Assembly: GCA_913050245.1 (NCBI GenBank)
Contig: CAJWZJ010000001.1
Span: 118,617-182,616 of the forward strand
Origin: an uncultured bacterium
GTDB taxonomy: Bacteria > Desulfobacterota_D > UBA1144
Length of the DNA: 64,000 nt
Reading direction: 5' to 3'
Shown here piece after piece: positions 40,153-49,666 of the stretch. Both the position numbers and the translations under genes were made by a program. A model generated the notes under the pieces. That model made no database searches and was not told where the DNA came from. It saw only the letters and a list, made by a program, of their open reading frames with translations. The number at the start of each line of letters is the position of its first letter. The stretch's first letter is position 1.

Positions 40153-41715
40153 TCAAACCTTTATACCTTCTGCTTTTATTAGGGATTTTGTAATAACTCT
40201 TGTAAAAATAACATTAGAAAAAATTGTTGAAAAAATTCCAATTGATAGAGTCAATGCGAAACCTTTAATTGGACCATCGCCCAATAAAAACAAACAAAAA
40301 GCAGCAATTAAAGTTGTAATATTTGCATCTAATATTGTGGATAGAGATTTTTCAAAACCAACATCAATTGCAGCCACTTTCTCTTTCTGTTTAGCTATCT
40401 CCTCTTTTATTCTTTCATAAATTATTATATTTCCATCAACTGCCATTCCAAGAGTTAAAACTAAACCTGCAATACCAGGAAAAGTTAAAGTTACTCCAAA
40501 TAGCGATAATAACCCAAATATTGTAAATATATTAAAAACTAATGCTAAATCACATACTACTCCTAATTTTTTATAGTAAATAAACATGAAAATAAAAATT
40601 AAAACTGATGCAGCGGCCATAGAAATTTTACCTCTGTCTATAGATTCGCTTCCTAATGAAGGACCTATTGTTTTTTCCTGCATTATCTTAATTGGAACAG
40701 GAAGTGATCCCGATTTTAAAATAATTGCTAAGTCATTAGCCTCTTCAAAAGAATAATTTCCTGTTATTGAACCTCTTCCAAAAATTTGTTCTTGTACTGT
40801 AGGTGAAGATTTTACTTTTCCGTCTAATATAATTGCAATCTTATTACCTATATTATTTTTTGTTAAATTTGAAAAAATTTCTGTGCCTTTAGAGTCAAGC
40901 GAGAAAGCAATGTAAGGTCTATTTAATTGATCATATGCAACGTATGCATCATTAATAGATGTGCCAAAAAGTGGGGAGGACATCTTTGTTATAATAAATT
41001 TCTCATTAGTATTATCATTAAGTTTATATATTAGGAATTCTGAACCTATCTTATCCTTTCCAAACTTTGATAAAAGTAATTGTTTAGTTGATGATTCTTG
41101 AATTACGGGCTTAAATTCTAATAAGGCTGTTTTCGAAATAATATTTATTATTCTTGATCTTTGTGATTCACCAACACCAGGGATTTGAACTATAACTCTA
41201 TCTCCCGAGGCAATCTGGATACTAGATTCAATAACGCCAAATTGATCGATTCTATTATTTAAAATATCTTTCACTTGTTTGAGGAGGATTTCTTTTTTAT
41301 CAGCCAAATGCTCATTTGTTAAATTAATTTGCAGAGATAAATTTTCAATATTTTCGGTAATCAAATTTTTATCTAGTTCTTTTTTTGCGTCTTTCAAACT
41401 TTTTAAATCATAGAAAAATATTTTTATATTATTTGAAGATACTGCTGTATTTCTAATTAAAATATCTTGTGAAATAAGATTATCCTTTATCCTTCTTTCT
41501 TCTTCAGCCATTATTATTGGTAAAACTTTTTCTTCGTCAACTCCAAGAACAATAAAAATTCCTCCTTTTAGGTCGAGTCCAAGATTTAGCCTATTGTCTG
41601 GGAAAGCATATTTCCACCATGAGGGTAGATTATTATTAAAATTCGGATAAATAAATATTATTGATAATAAAAATACTAATAATGAAAGTGTTTTAAAAAG
41701 TTTTATTTTTTTCAT
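40153..41715 (-). CDS. secD: Protein translocase subunit SecD
   Basis: 520 aa with a large periplasmic domain and a C-terminal 6-TM bundle (LGMAVDGNIIIYERIKEE). Confidence 0.85.
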   Translation of the reverse strand: MKKIKLFKTLSLLVFLLSIIFIYPNFNNNLPSWWKYAFPDNRLNLGLDLKGGIFIVLGVDEEKVLPIIMAEEERRIKDNLISQDILIRNTAVSSNNIKIFFYDLKSLKDAKKELDKNLITENIENLSLQINLTNEHLADKKEILLKQVKDILNNRIDQFGVIESSIQIASGDRVIVQIPGVGESQRSRIINIISKTALLEFKPVIQESSTKQLLLSKFGKDKIGSEFLIYKLNDNTNEKFIITKMSSPLFGTSINDAYVAYDQLNRPYIAFSLDSKGTEIFSNLTKNNIGNKIAIILDGKVKSSPTVQEQIFGRGSITGNYSFEEANDLAIILKSGSLPVPIKIMQEKTIGPSLGSESIDRGKISMAAASVLIFIFMFIYYKKLGVVCDLALVFNIFTIFGLLSLFGVTLTFPGIAGLVLTLGMAVDGNIIIYERIKEEIAKQKEKVAAIDVGFEKSLSTILDANITTLIAAFCLFLLGDGPIKGFALTLSIGIFSTIFSNVIFTRVITKSLIKAEGIKV

Positions 41716-42077
41716 TTTGATTTATTTTCATCAATTAATAAAGAGTTTACAAACTCTCTTTTTATTTTTATCTGAACTCCTTTGGCTATTTCTAGGCTTA
41801 GTATATCGCCATCTTGAATATCAATTATTTTACCAATGATACCACCATTGGTTAAAACATTATCTGATCTCTTAAGATTATTTAACATAATATTACGTTG
41901 TTTTTGCTGCTTATTTTGAGGCCTTATAATTAAAAAATAAAATAAAATTATAATAAAACCAAAAGGTAAGAAAGGTCCTACAGATGATAAAAAAGAACTA
42001 TCTCCTCCTGGAGGGGGTGCACATGACACAAAAAAAATCAAAGAAAACAGTGTTAAAAGTTTAGATAAATTATTCAT
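41712..42077 (-). CDS. yajC: Preprotein translocase subunit YajC
   Basis: 121 aa with a single TM helix and the motif RPQNKQQKQ. It sits at the operon position upstream of secD. Confidence 0.75.
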   Translation of the reverse strand: MNNLSKLLTLFSLIFFVSCAPPPGGDSSFLSSVGPFLPFGFIIILFYFLIIRPQNKQQKQRNIMLNNLKRSDNVLTNGGIIGKIIDIQDGDILSLEIAKGVQIKIKREFVNSLLIDENKSK

Positions 42078-43176
42078 TTAAATACCTCTCTAAAAAAAAT
42101 TTTTTATATTCCATAAAAGTACCATTATCAATTGAAAATCTTATATTATCAATTAATTTATGATAAAAGTTCAAATTACACTCAGTCATTAGTTGTATTG
42201 CACTAATTTCACGACATGAATACAAGTGCTTTATATAGCCTATACTATAGTTTTTACATGTTTTACATTCACATTGAACATCTAGGGGTTCGTCCTTACT
42301 AGAATTTTCAGCATTTTTAATATTAATTTTTCCATTAAATGTGAATACTGTTCCATTTCTAGCATTACGAGTCGGGACGACACAATCAAAAATATCAACA
42401 CCTCTAGCAACTGATTCAAGAATATCCTCTGGTTTCCCTATACCCATAGAATATCTTGGCTTATCCTTAGGTAAGATTGAGTTAAGGTTTTCACAAATTT
42501 CATAAGTCTTATCTGGGCCTTCTCCGAGCCCTAAACCACCAATTGCATATCCATCGAAATCTAAATCAATCATATGATTTGCAGACATTTTTCTTAAATC
42601 ATTATGTATACCACCTTGAACGATCCCAAACATTAAGTTATTCGATTTTTTACTTTTTTTACATTTTTCTGCCCATTCTCTTGTCCTGTTAATTGACTCT
42701 AGCAAGATAGAATACTCTGAGTCAGGCTTGGGACAATCATCGAAAATCATACTAATGTCAGACCCTAAATCCTCTTGAATTTTAATTGATTTTTCAGGGG
42801 TTATCCTATTTAAAGATCCATCAATATGTGATTTGATTAGAACACCTTCAGGTTCAATTTTAACTAAAGACCCGAGGCTCCATATTTGAAAACCTCCACT
42901 ATCAGTCAAAATTCCTTTACTCCATCCACTAAATCTATGTAGGCTACCAAAAGAATTTTTTATGTAATCACTTCCAGGGCGGAGAAAAAGATGATAGGCG
43001 TTGCAAACAATAACCTCATATCCAATGAGATCTAAGGTTTTTATATCTATTGCTTTTGGGGTACCATTAGTACATACAGGCATAAAAAAAGGTGTTTTAA
43101 CTTTTATATTATTTAATTTTAACTCACCCGTCCTCGCACCGGACTTTGAGTCGCTATTAAAAATTTTAAAATTCAT
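42070..43176 (-). CDS. tgt: Queuine tRNA-ribosyltransferase
   Basis: Catalytic LTDSGGFQ and the zinc site CECKTCKNY...H are present. Confidence 0.9.
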   Translation of the reverse strand: MNFKIFNSDSKSGARTGELKLNNIKVKTPFFMPVCTNGTPKAIDIKTLDLIGYEVIVCNAYHLFLRPGSDYIKNSFGSLHRFSGWSKGILTDSGGFQIWSLGSLVKIEPEGVLIKSHIDGSLNRITPEKSIKIQEDLGSDISMIFDDCPKPDSEYSILLESINRTREWAEKCKKSKKSNNLMFGIVQGGIHNDLRKMSANHMIDLDFDGYAIGGLGLGEGPDKTYEICENLNSILPKDKPRYSMGIGKPEDILESVARGVDIFDCVVPTRNARNGTVFTFNGKINIKNAENSSKDEPLDVQCECKTCKNYSIGYIKHLYSCREISAIQLMTECNLNFYHKLIDNIRFSIDNGTFMEYKKFFLERYLNE

Positions 43177-43177
43177 A

Positions 43178-43960
43178 TCAATTTAGAAGGTCAATAACCG
43201 AATAGAATCCTTTCTTCTTATTTATAAGTTTTAATCCTAATTCTATTGCGCCTTTAGCAAAAACGGATCTGCTTAAAGCCTCATGTTTTATTGTAATATT
43301 TTCGGTATCACCATAGGATATCAATGTATGTTCACCTACTGTATTTCCTCCACGAATAGAACTTATACCAACCTCATGCTTTGAGCGCTTGGCATTTGCA
43401 GATTTGTTTCTATACTTCTCAATTGATGTTAATTTTTTATTTTTAAGATTTGCAATATTCTCAGCTATAAGCAGAGCTGTTCCGCTTGGAGAGTCAACTT
43501 TTTGTTTATGGTGTTTTTCAATTATTTCTAGATCAGTTGAATTAAAAAACTCAAAATTATCCTTAATTATTTTTAGCATGATATTTATACCTATGCTCAT
43601 ATTATAAGATTGAAGAATTGGAATTTTTTTTGAAATTGAAATTAATTGATTTATTTGATTTTTTGAGAAACCAGTAGTGCCAATGACTATTGGGGTTCTG
43701 AATTGAGATGCTATCTTGGCAAGGTTAATAGATGACTTTGGAGTTGAAAAGTCAATAATCAAATCTACACTGAATTTCCTTGGTAATTTTTGTATAGTAA
43801 TTTTTTTTCCAATTAAACTATTAATTTTTGGATGATTCGGATTTTCAATAGCATGTAAAACCTGTAAGTTGGTAAAATTTCTATCCAACTCATCAATAAT
43901 TGCTAATCCCATTCTACCTAAAGCACCATTTAAAAGTATTGTTTTTTTGTTTTTGCTCAT
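43178..43960 (-). CDS. dapB: 4-hydroxy-tetrahydrodipicolinate reductase
   Basis: N-terminal Rossmann motif GALGRMG and catalytic EIIEKHHKQKVDSPSGTA are present. Confidence 0.85.
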   Translation of the reverse strand: MSKNKKTILLNGALGRMGLAIIDELDRNFTNLQVLHAIENPNHPKINSLIGKKITIQKLPRKFSVDLIIDFSTPKSSINLAKIASQFRTPIVIGTTGFSKNQINQLISISKKIPILQSYNMSIGINIMLKIIKDNFEFFNSTDLEIIEKHHKQKVDSPSGTALLIAENIANLKNKKLTSIEKYRNKSANAKRSKHEVGISSIRGGNTVGEHTLISYGDTENITIKHEALSRSVFAKGAIELGLKLINKKKGFYSVIDLLN

Positions 43961-44014
43961 AAATAAAGGATAATACTCGTAATAAATATTATTTCAAAAT
44001 TTAGGATATATTAA

Positions 44015-44860
44015 ATGATCAAAAGCATGACTGGGTATTCAAATAAAACCTTAAATTTTCAGAATATTTCAATCTTAATTCAAATAAAATCTGAGAATAG
44101 TAAAAATATAGATATTTATTTAATAGATGAATCTAATAACTTATCACTTGGTGAAGACATAAGAAGAAAAATTGAAGCTGCTCTAAATCGTGGAAAAATT
44201 AAAGTTATATTAGAAATTGAATTTATAGATTCTTATAAACATATAGAAAAAATTAAAAATCAGATTAATAAATATTTAAAAATTATAGACTCTGATAAAA
44301 TAAATATGAATATCTCATACTCTGAAATTAACGAATTATTAAATATAGAAAAGATAAAAATTCTTAAAAGAAAAGATATAAGAGGAAAAATTATTGGTCT
44401 GCTAAATGAGTGCATTGTTGATTTAATTCAGAAGCAAACAGATGAAGGAAAAGTAATTATTAGATCAGTAAATTCTAAAATAACAAAAATTGAATCTATA
44501 AAAAATAATTTTCGTAGGAAATTTAGATTATATTCAAAGAAACTTGAAAAGAAATATATTAAAGAAATATCTCAAATAGGAGAATTTAGTAATCAAAAAA
44601 AAGATATTAGTCCAATGATTGAAAAAATCGATATAGAGGAGGAGATAGTTAGATTAGAATCGCATTTAAATGCAATTAAGAAAATTATAAAAAAAAATAA
44701 AGGAAATATAGGATTAACATTAGATTTCTATATGCAAGAAATTAATAGAGAAGCAAATACTCTATCTTCAAAGAGCAAGGATCCAAAATTATCAGAGGAT
44801 TCAATCAAGATAAAATCGTTAGTTAATCAAATTAGAGAACTATCTGCAAATTTGGCTTAG
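44015..44860 (+). CDS. YicC-family stress-induced protein
   Basis: The N-terminus MIKSMTGYS is typical of YicC_N, with a C-terminal DUF1732-like helical part. Confidence 0.65.
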   Translation: MIKSMTGYSNKTLNFQNISILIQIKSENSKNIDIYLIDESNNLSLGEDIRRKIEAALNRGKIKVILEIEFIDSYKHIEKIKNQINKYLKIIDSDKINMNISYSEINELLNIEKIKILKRKDIRGKIIGLLNECIVDLIQKQTDEGKVIIRSVNSKITKIESIKNNFRRKFRLYSKKLEKKYIKEISQIGEFSNQKKDISPMIEKIDIEEEIVRLESHLNAIKKIIKKNKGNIGLTLDFYMQEINREANTLSSKSKDPKLSEDSIKIKSLVNQIRELSANLA

Positions 44861-45586
44861 CTTTTTTAAATTAATTAAATATAAAACCCTTTTAAACTTT
44901 GGCTTTGAGTGATTATATTTATAGAAAAACTGTGATATTTTAAAATCATTATTAAATATTTTCTTTAATTGGTTATCTGATATTGCATTAAATTTTGGAC
45001 CTGCTAAATAAATAAATGAGATTTCTTCAATTTGATTTAATTTAATAAATCTTTTTATATAATTCAGTAAATTTTCATACTTTGTGATTGCCCTTCCTAG
45101 TAGGAGTATTTTTTTATTACTGGAGTCCTTAATAAGCAAGTCCTCTATCCTATCGTGTCTACAATTTATATTTATACCAAATTCTGCTTTTATCTGCTCT
45201 AAAAAATTTTTAAGAAAAAGTATTTTTTTATTGTTAGAATCAATAAAAAAGAATTCTGATTCAATAAAATTTTTATCGTCAGAGAATATCAAGAAAGGTA
45301 AAAGAGGAAAACCTGCTCCACATCCAAAATCAATAATCGTATTAAAATCTTTAAAATTAAATGAATCAATTTTTGAAGATATCTGGCACAATGGAAGGAT
45401 TGAGTCAATAAAATGCTTTTGTATTATATCCTCTGAAGTTGTTAAAGAAGTTAAATTATATTTTTTATTTTCATTTATTAAAGAATTATAAAATTTATAA
45501 AAAATTAAACTTTTATCCGAATCAAATTTTAAATTATTAAATTTAAAATTTGTATCTAATTGTTCAAAGAAGGTATCTTCATGCAT
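44840..45586 (-). CDS. rsmG: 16S rRNA (guanine527-N7)-methyltransferase RsmG/GidB
   Basis: The SAM-binding motif IIDFGCGAGFPLLPF and the N-terminal region NLTSLTTSEDIIQKHFIDS are present. Confidence 0.7.
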   Translation of the reverse strand: MHEDTFFEQLDTNFKFNNLKFDSDKSLIFYKFYNSLINENKKYNLTSLTTSEDIIQKHFIDSILPLCQISSKIDSFNFKDFNTIIDFGCGAGFPLLPFLIFSDDKNFIESEFFFIDSNNKKILFLKNFLEQIKAEFGININCRHDRIEDLLIKDSSNKKILLLGRAITKYENLLNYIKRFIKLNQIEEISFIYLAGPKFNAISDNQLKKIFNNDFKISQFFYKYNHSKPKFKRVLYLINLKKLSQICR

Positions 45587-46724
45587 CAGATCTTACCTCT
45601 TTAATAAGGATAATCATTGTGAATATTAGAATAAAAAGAGAGCATGTTTGAAATCCTCTAGCATATCCAAAATATTGAATAACATAGCCAAAAACAAAAG
45701 TCATTAAGTGAACACCTATTCCAAAAGTTGCATTTAATGCTCCAAATAATCGACCAGAGCTATTCTCATTACCGGGTTGAACAAGAAGAGAGGAAATAAA
45801 AGGATATATAAGTGCATATGTTGATGAAAAAATTACAGCGAAGATAATTACATGAGTGATATTTTCAGTAAAGGGTAAAAAGAATATTGATATCGAAAAA
45901 AAAGCTAACATGATTAAAACTTTTATAAATAATTTGTTGGTTGATATAAGATCAGATAGAAATAATCTAACTATAGTTACAATAACACTGTAGGTTGCAA
46001 AAAAAAGTCCTGCTTTCAAAGATTTATCTTTTAAAAATATGGCTATGAAATTCATAATTATTCCAAAGCCTGTTGATGAAAGAAAATTTGTTATTAGAAA
46101 TTTTTTCGAATCTGGATTATTAATAATATGAAAAAAATCTTTTAGCCTTACCTCAATTTCATTATTGGTATTAATATTTTTGGAATCTACATTAAATAAA
46201 ATTAAAATTGCTATTAAAGAAAATAATGAAGAAAATATAAAAAAGTAGAAATACCCCAGGTTAATTAATATAATTTCACCAAAATAAGGACCTATGAAGT
46301 AAGGGAATATGGTTGATGAATAGAAAATAGATAGTCCTTTTTTTCGATTATTGTCATCAAGATTATCTGATGCTAATGCTGAAGATGAATTAAAAAAAAT
46401 TGAGAAAGATAAACCCTGGAATATTCTTAAAAGAAATAAAGCATAAAAATTATCAATATAAATGAACAATAATGATGAAACAATCATTATAGCCAAAGCA
46501 ATTGTACCTAATATCTTCTTACCATACTTATCAATTAAAGTTGAAGTAATAGGAGTCAATAGAATTGATGAGATTCCAAATGAACCCATCAATATACCTA
46601 TTTCAGATTTATCAAAACCTAGATCATCTAAAAATAAAGGAAGTAAAAAAAAGGATGAAAAATTTATAAAAAAAAGACAATTGGCAGTTGTTGAAAATAA
46701 AAAATTTCTATTTAGATTAAACAT
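45579..46724 (-). CDS. MFS transporter
   Basis: 381 aa with 12 TM helices and the MFS loop IDKYGKK. Confidence 0.65.
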   Translation of the reverse strand: MFNLNRNFLFSTTANCLFFINFSSFFLLPLFLDDLGFDKSEIGILMGSFGISSILLTPITSTLIDKYGKKILGTIALAIMIVSSLLFIYIDNFYALFLLRIFQGLSFSIFFNSSSALASDNLDDNNRKKGLSIFYSSTIFPYFIGPYFGEIILINLGYFYFFIFSSLFSLIAILILFNVDSKNINTNNEIEVRLKDFFHIINNPDSKKFLITNFLSSTGFGIIMNFIAIFLKDKSLKAGLFFATYSVIVTIVRLFLSDLISTNKLFIKVLIMLAFFSISIFFLPFTENITHVIIFAVIFSSTYALIYPFISSLLVQPGNENSSGRLFGALNATFGIGVHLMTFVFGYVIQYFGYARGFQTCSLFILIFTMIILIKEVRSDA

Positions 46725-46754
46725 ATTAGATATTAATTAAGTTTAAACTAACTT

Positions 46755-46783
46755 TTGACAAAAAGGGTCATCATGATATATTC
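46755..46783 (+). promoter_or_regulatory. Sigma-70-like promoter (TTGACA-16 nt-TATATT) upstream of tRNA-Lys
   Basis: Read from the sequence. The spacing places the TSS about 10 nt before the mature tRNA 5' end. Confidence 0.4.
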
Positions 46784-46799
46784 AACCCATTAAAAGTTA

Positions 46800-46872
46800 G
46801 GGCCGTTAGCTCAGTTGGTAGAGCAACTCCCTTTTAAGGAGTGGGTCGCAGGTTCGAATCCTGCACGGCTCA
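46800..46872 (+). tRNA. tRNA-Lys (anticodon TTT)
   Basis: Hand-folded cloverleaf. Acceptor GGGCCGT pairs with ACGGCTC, D-arm is GCTCAGTTGGTAGAGC, the anticodon loop is CTTTTAA, and the T-arm is GGTTCGAATCC. Confidence 0.85.
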
Positions 46873-46879
46873 TTCTTAG

Positions 46880-46954
46880 GTCCCCATCGTCTAGTCTGGC
46901 CTAGGACGCCGGGTTTTCATCCCGGTAACAGGGGTTCGAATCCCCTTGGGGACG
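46880..46954 (+). tRNA. tRNA-Glu (anticodon TTC)
   Basis: Hand-folded cloverleaf. Acceptor GTCCCCA pairs with TGGGGAC, the anticodon stem CCGGG/CCCGG encloses loop TTTTCAT, and the T-arm is GGTTCGAATCC. Confidence 0.85.
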
Positions 46955-46976
46955 CTTTTATAAAGGAGGGCAAAAT

Positions 46977-47180
46977 ATGCCAAACGGAAAAATAAAATGG
47001 TTTAATGCAAAAAAAGGCTATGGCTTCATTGAACCTGAAGATGGGAGCAAGGACGTATTTGTTCACATCACCGCTCTCGAAGCTGCTGGAATTGACAACC
47101 TTAACGAAGGTGATTCAGTATCATTCGAAATAGTTAGCGAGAGAGGAAAAGAAAAAGCTAGTGACTTAAAAACTTTATAA
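46977..47180 (+). CDS. cspA: Cold-shock protein (CspA family)
   Basis: The RNP1/RNP2 motifs [12 protein letters not shown] and VFVHITAL are present. A strong AAGGAGGG RBS lies upstream. Confidence 0.9.
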   Translation: MPNGKIKWFNAKKGYGFIEPEDGSKDVFVHITALEAAGIDNLNEGDSVSFEIVSERGKEKASDLKTL

Positions 47181-47210
47181 AAATAAGTATTTTTCACAGA
47201 ATTTTCATTG

Positions 47211-47243
47211 ACTCAAGACCTTGTTGTAAACAAGGTCTTGAGT
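47211..47243. terminator. Perfect 15-bp stem / 3-nt loop hairpin between convergent cspA and the MerR-family gene (no U-tract on either strand)
   Basis: ACTCAAGACCTTGTT-GTA-AACAAGGTCTTGAGT was read directly from the sequence. Confidence 0.35.
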
Positions 47244-47420
47244 TCAACCTTGACAATATAAATTTAATTACTAAATTTGATGAATGTATAGAATTCTCAA
47301 GAACAAAAAATATAAAAAAATAACTAAGTATATTTCGTCTAAAAAGCTTGATACCGCCATAATGTTTTTAGAAAGAAAAGCATCTAAAAAGAACAAAAAA
47401 GCTAATAAAAGACACTAATA

Positions 47421-48365
47421 CTAAATTTTATTAAGAACAGTGTTTCTGATATCTTCTAAAGCATTAGGAAGGCTGAATAAATCATAGACCTGATGAGAAG
47501 AAATTTTAGTACATGTTTTTGAATACAGGCTTGATCTTTTTCCATTAACAATTATTTCAAAACTTGAACCTAACCCATTTCTAATTCTTTCAAGCTCTAA
47601 AGGGATTGTTGGATCATTTAGAGGAAATAATATGCTCATCATAACTGCAGAGCATTTTGAGCTGATTGCAGCCTCACAAATATCTTTAGAGGATAAATCA
47701 GTGCCTAAATAAACTGGATTCCAACCAGTTGAAACTGCAAGGCAGGCATTAACCAAGCAGCCTAGTTCAGCTTTTTGACCTTTGGGTGTGGCTACTAAAA
47801 CGAAGGGATTATTAGGATTATAATTCTTGAAGGATGAACGGTAATTTTCTAAATAATTTCTTATTACAGCATTTGCAAATCTTTCTTGTGATTTAGAAAT
47901 TTTATTATTCTTCCAAAGCCTCCCAACATGTTTAATGAATGGGACCATGAACTTATGAATAACGTATACTGCACCTAATTCTAAAGCAACATCATAAATA
48001 GCTTTTTCCATTTTTCTAAGATTATATTCATTTAAAGCTTCAATAGATATATCGAAATAAGGTCTGGCAGATGAAGTCAACTGTTCTAGCTCTGGATAAA
48101 CAACTGAATTATTTGTGGATTCTAACTCATTTACAAGATTTCTTAGCTCTTCGACTTTGTAAGAACCAATTTCTTGGAGGGTAAAACCAATTCTTTTTGC
48201 TTCAAGCATGAGTTGCAAAATTTCTAAGTCCTTATCTGTAAATCTTCTGCTGCCTCTTTCCGATCTTGAAATTTTTAAAATTTGATATCTTTCTTCCCAT
48301 TTTCTGATTTGGTCTGAGGTCAAACCAGTAATTTTACTAACTATTCTTATTGGATATTCTTTCAT
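47421..48365 (-). CDS. MerR-family transcriptional regulator with a C-terminal cobalamin-binding-like domain (CarH/LitR-like architecture)
   Basis: The N-terminal MerR HTH is IRIVSKITGLTSDQIRKWEE. The C-terminal Rossmann-like B12-binding segment is FVLVATPKGQKAELGCLVNA...VYLG, where the canonical E-x-H-x-x-G His is Ala. Confidence 0.7.
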   Translation of the reverse strand: MKEYPIRIVSKITGLTSDQIRKWEERYQILKISRSERGSRRFTDKDLEILQLMLEAKRIGFTLQEIGSYKVEELRNLVNELESTNNSVVYPELEQLTSSARPYFDISIEALNEYNLRKMEKAIYDVALELGAVYVIHKFMVPFIKHVGRLWKNNKISKSQERFANAVIRNYLENYRSSFKNYNPNNPFVLVATPKGQKAELGCLVNACLAVSTGWNPVYLGTDLSSKDICEAAISSKCSAVMMSILFPLNDPTIPLELERIRNGLGSSFEIIVNGKRSSLYSKTCTKISSHQVYDLFSLPNALEDIRNTVLNKI

Positions 48366-48398
48366 AATCTCTCTACCTATTTATTATATACACTAATC

Positions 48399-48422
48399 AT
48401 GTCATATATATGTCGAATGTCA
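48399..48422. promoter_or_regulatory. Three direct repeats ATGTCA / ATGTCG / ATGTCA between the MerR-family gene and the sigma-factor gene (candidate operator)
   Basis: Read from the sequence. They lie about 35 nt upstream of the regulator start and about 45 nt upstream of the sigma gene -35 element. Confidence 0.25.
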
Positions 48423-48466
48423 AGCATTATTTGTCTAACTAATATATATATTTTTTAAAAAAAAGC

Positions 48467-48495
48467 TGGACAAGTTTATAGACATTTGTTAATCT
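48467..48495 (+). promoter_or_regulatory. Sigma-70-like promoter (TGGACA-17 nt-TAATCT) for the sigma-factor gene
   Basis: Read from the sequence. A GAGGTG RBS lies 6 nt before the ATG. Confidence 0.35.
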
Positions 48496-48514
48496 AAAGA
48501 ATGTGAGGTGATTT

Positions 48515-49504
48515 ATGAAAAATATGAATGTGAATAAAAAGAATAATTTTCTTAATGCCAAAAACGGATACATGTTTAATGATAACTCAGGTCAAGAATT
48601 TGAGTCAGTAAAAGAATATTTCTCTAGGGCACTAGTTACTCCTTTACTTAGTGCTGTAGAGGAAAAAGAATTAGCTTCCAAAATTAAAAACTGCAAGGAA
48701 AAATTAACTACTCTAAAGAAGCAAAGTATAAAAAAAGGTCAGGAAGGAAAAATAAATTCTTTTATTAAGGTTTTTGAACAAAAGAAATCTCAACTTATTC
48801 AGGCATTCACAAAAGCCAATTTGAGATTAGTGGTTAGTATTGCGAAAAAATATAGTGGAAGAGGTTTACCACTTCTTGATCTCATTCAAGATGGAAATGT
48901 AGGGCTTATCAGAGCAGTTGAGAAATTTGATCATACTAAAGGTTTTAAATTTTCGACCTATGCTGCATGGTGGATTCATCAATCAATAACACGAAGTATA
49001 ATGGATCAATCTAGAACTATAAAAGTTCCTGTTTATATTCTTGAAAAATCAGCAAAAGTTTTTAAAGCTTTTAAATCACTTGAAGAGAAATTAAATAGAA
49101 AACCAGAATTTTATGAAATTGCTGAGATTGTAGATCTTCCAGAAGAAGCAGTAAAACAAATACTTGAATCTGGTAATGATACTTTCTCGTTGGATTCACC
49201 TATATCTAATGAAGAAAATGCAACCTTTGCCGATTTCTTAGAGGATGAAGCAGACAAGCCAGATGATCTAAGTGCTAAAATTGCTCTTTCACAATCTATT
49301 TCATCTGCTCTTACCCAACTTGATCAAAGAGAGAAAGAAATTATTGAAATGCGTTTCGGCTTCAATGGTTCTAATACATATACATTAGATCAGATCGGTA
49401 ATAAATATAATTTAACTAGGGAAAGAATTAGACAAATTGAGAAAAATGCCCTTAAAAAAATTCAAAGAATCGAAGGAGAAAAATTAAAAAGTTTTCTAAA
49501 CTAA
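48515..49504 (+). CDS. RNA polymerase sigma factor, sigma-70 group 1/2 type lacking region 1.1 (329 aa)
   Basis: Regions 2-4 match RpoD closely ([72 protein letters not shown]). It lacks the RpoH box, and its length is RpoS/SigA-like. Confidence 0.85.
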   Translation: MKNMNVNKKNNFLNAKNGYMFNDNSGQEFESVKEYFSRALVTPLLSAVEEKELASKIKNCKEKLTTLKKQSIKKGQEGKINSFIKVFEQKKSQLIQAFTKANLRLVVSIAKKYSGRGLPLLDLIQDGNVGLIRAVEKFDHTKGFKFSTYAAWWIHQSITRSIMDQSRTIKVPVYILEKSAKVFKAFKSLEEKLNRKPEFYEIAEIVDLPEEAVKQILESGNDTFSLDSPISNEENATFADFLEDEADKPDDLSAKIALSQSISSALTQLDQREKEIIEMRFGFNGSNTYTLDQIGNKYNLTRERIRQIEKNALKKIQRIEGEKLKSFLN

Positions 49505-49666
49505 GGATATTGATATGACATTATTATATAATTCTGATATTAAAAAAATAAATTTAGGTATTTTAAACAAGCTAAAAAAGCCTATTAAAAGGAAGACATC
49601 TGTTTTGACTAATAGAAAAAAAATTAATACATCTACAAGAATTTTGTTAATGTATTAATATATTTT

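Noticed and set aside
49515-49658. A 47-aa lysine-rich ORF downstream of the sigma-factor gene with an AAGGA-like RBS.
   Set aside because: It has no recognisable family and could be a chance ORF in the 160-bp spacer; it is kept only as a note.
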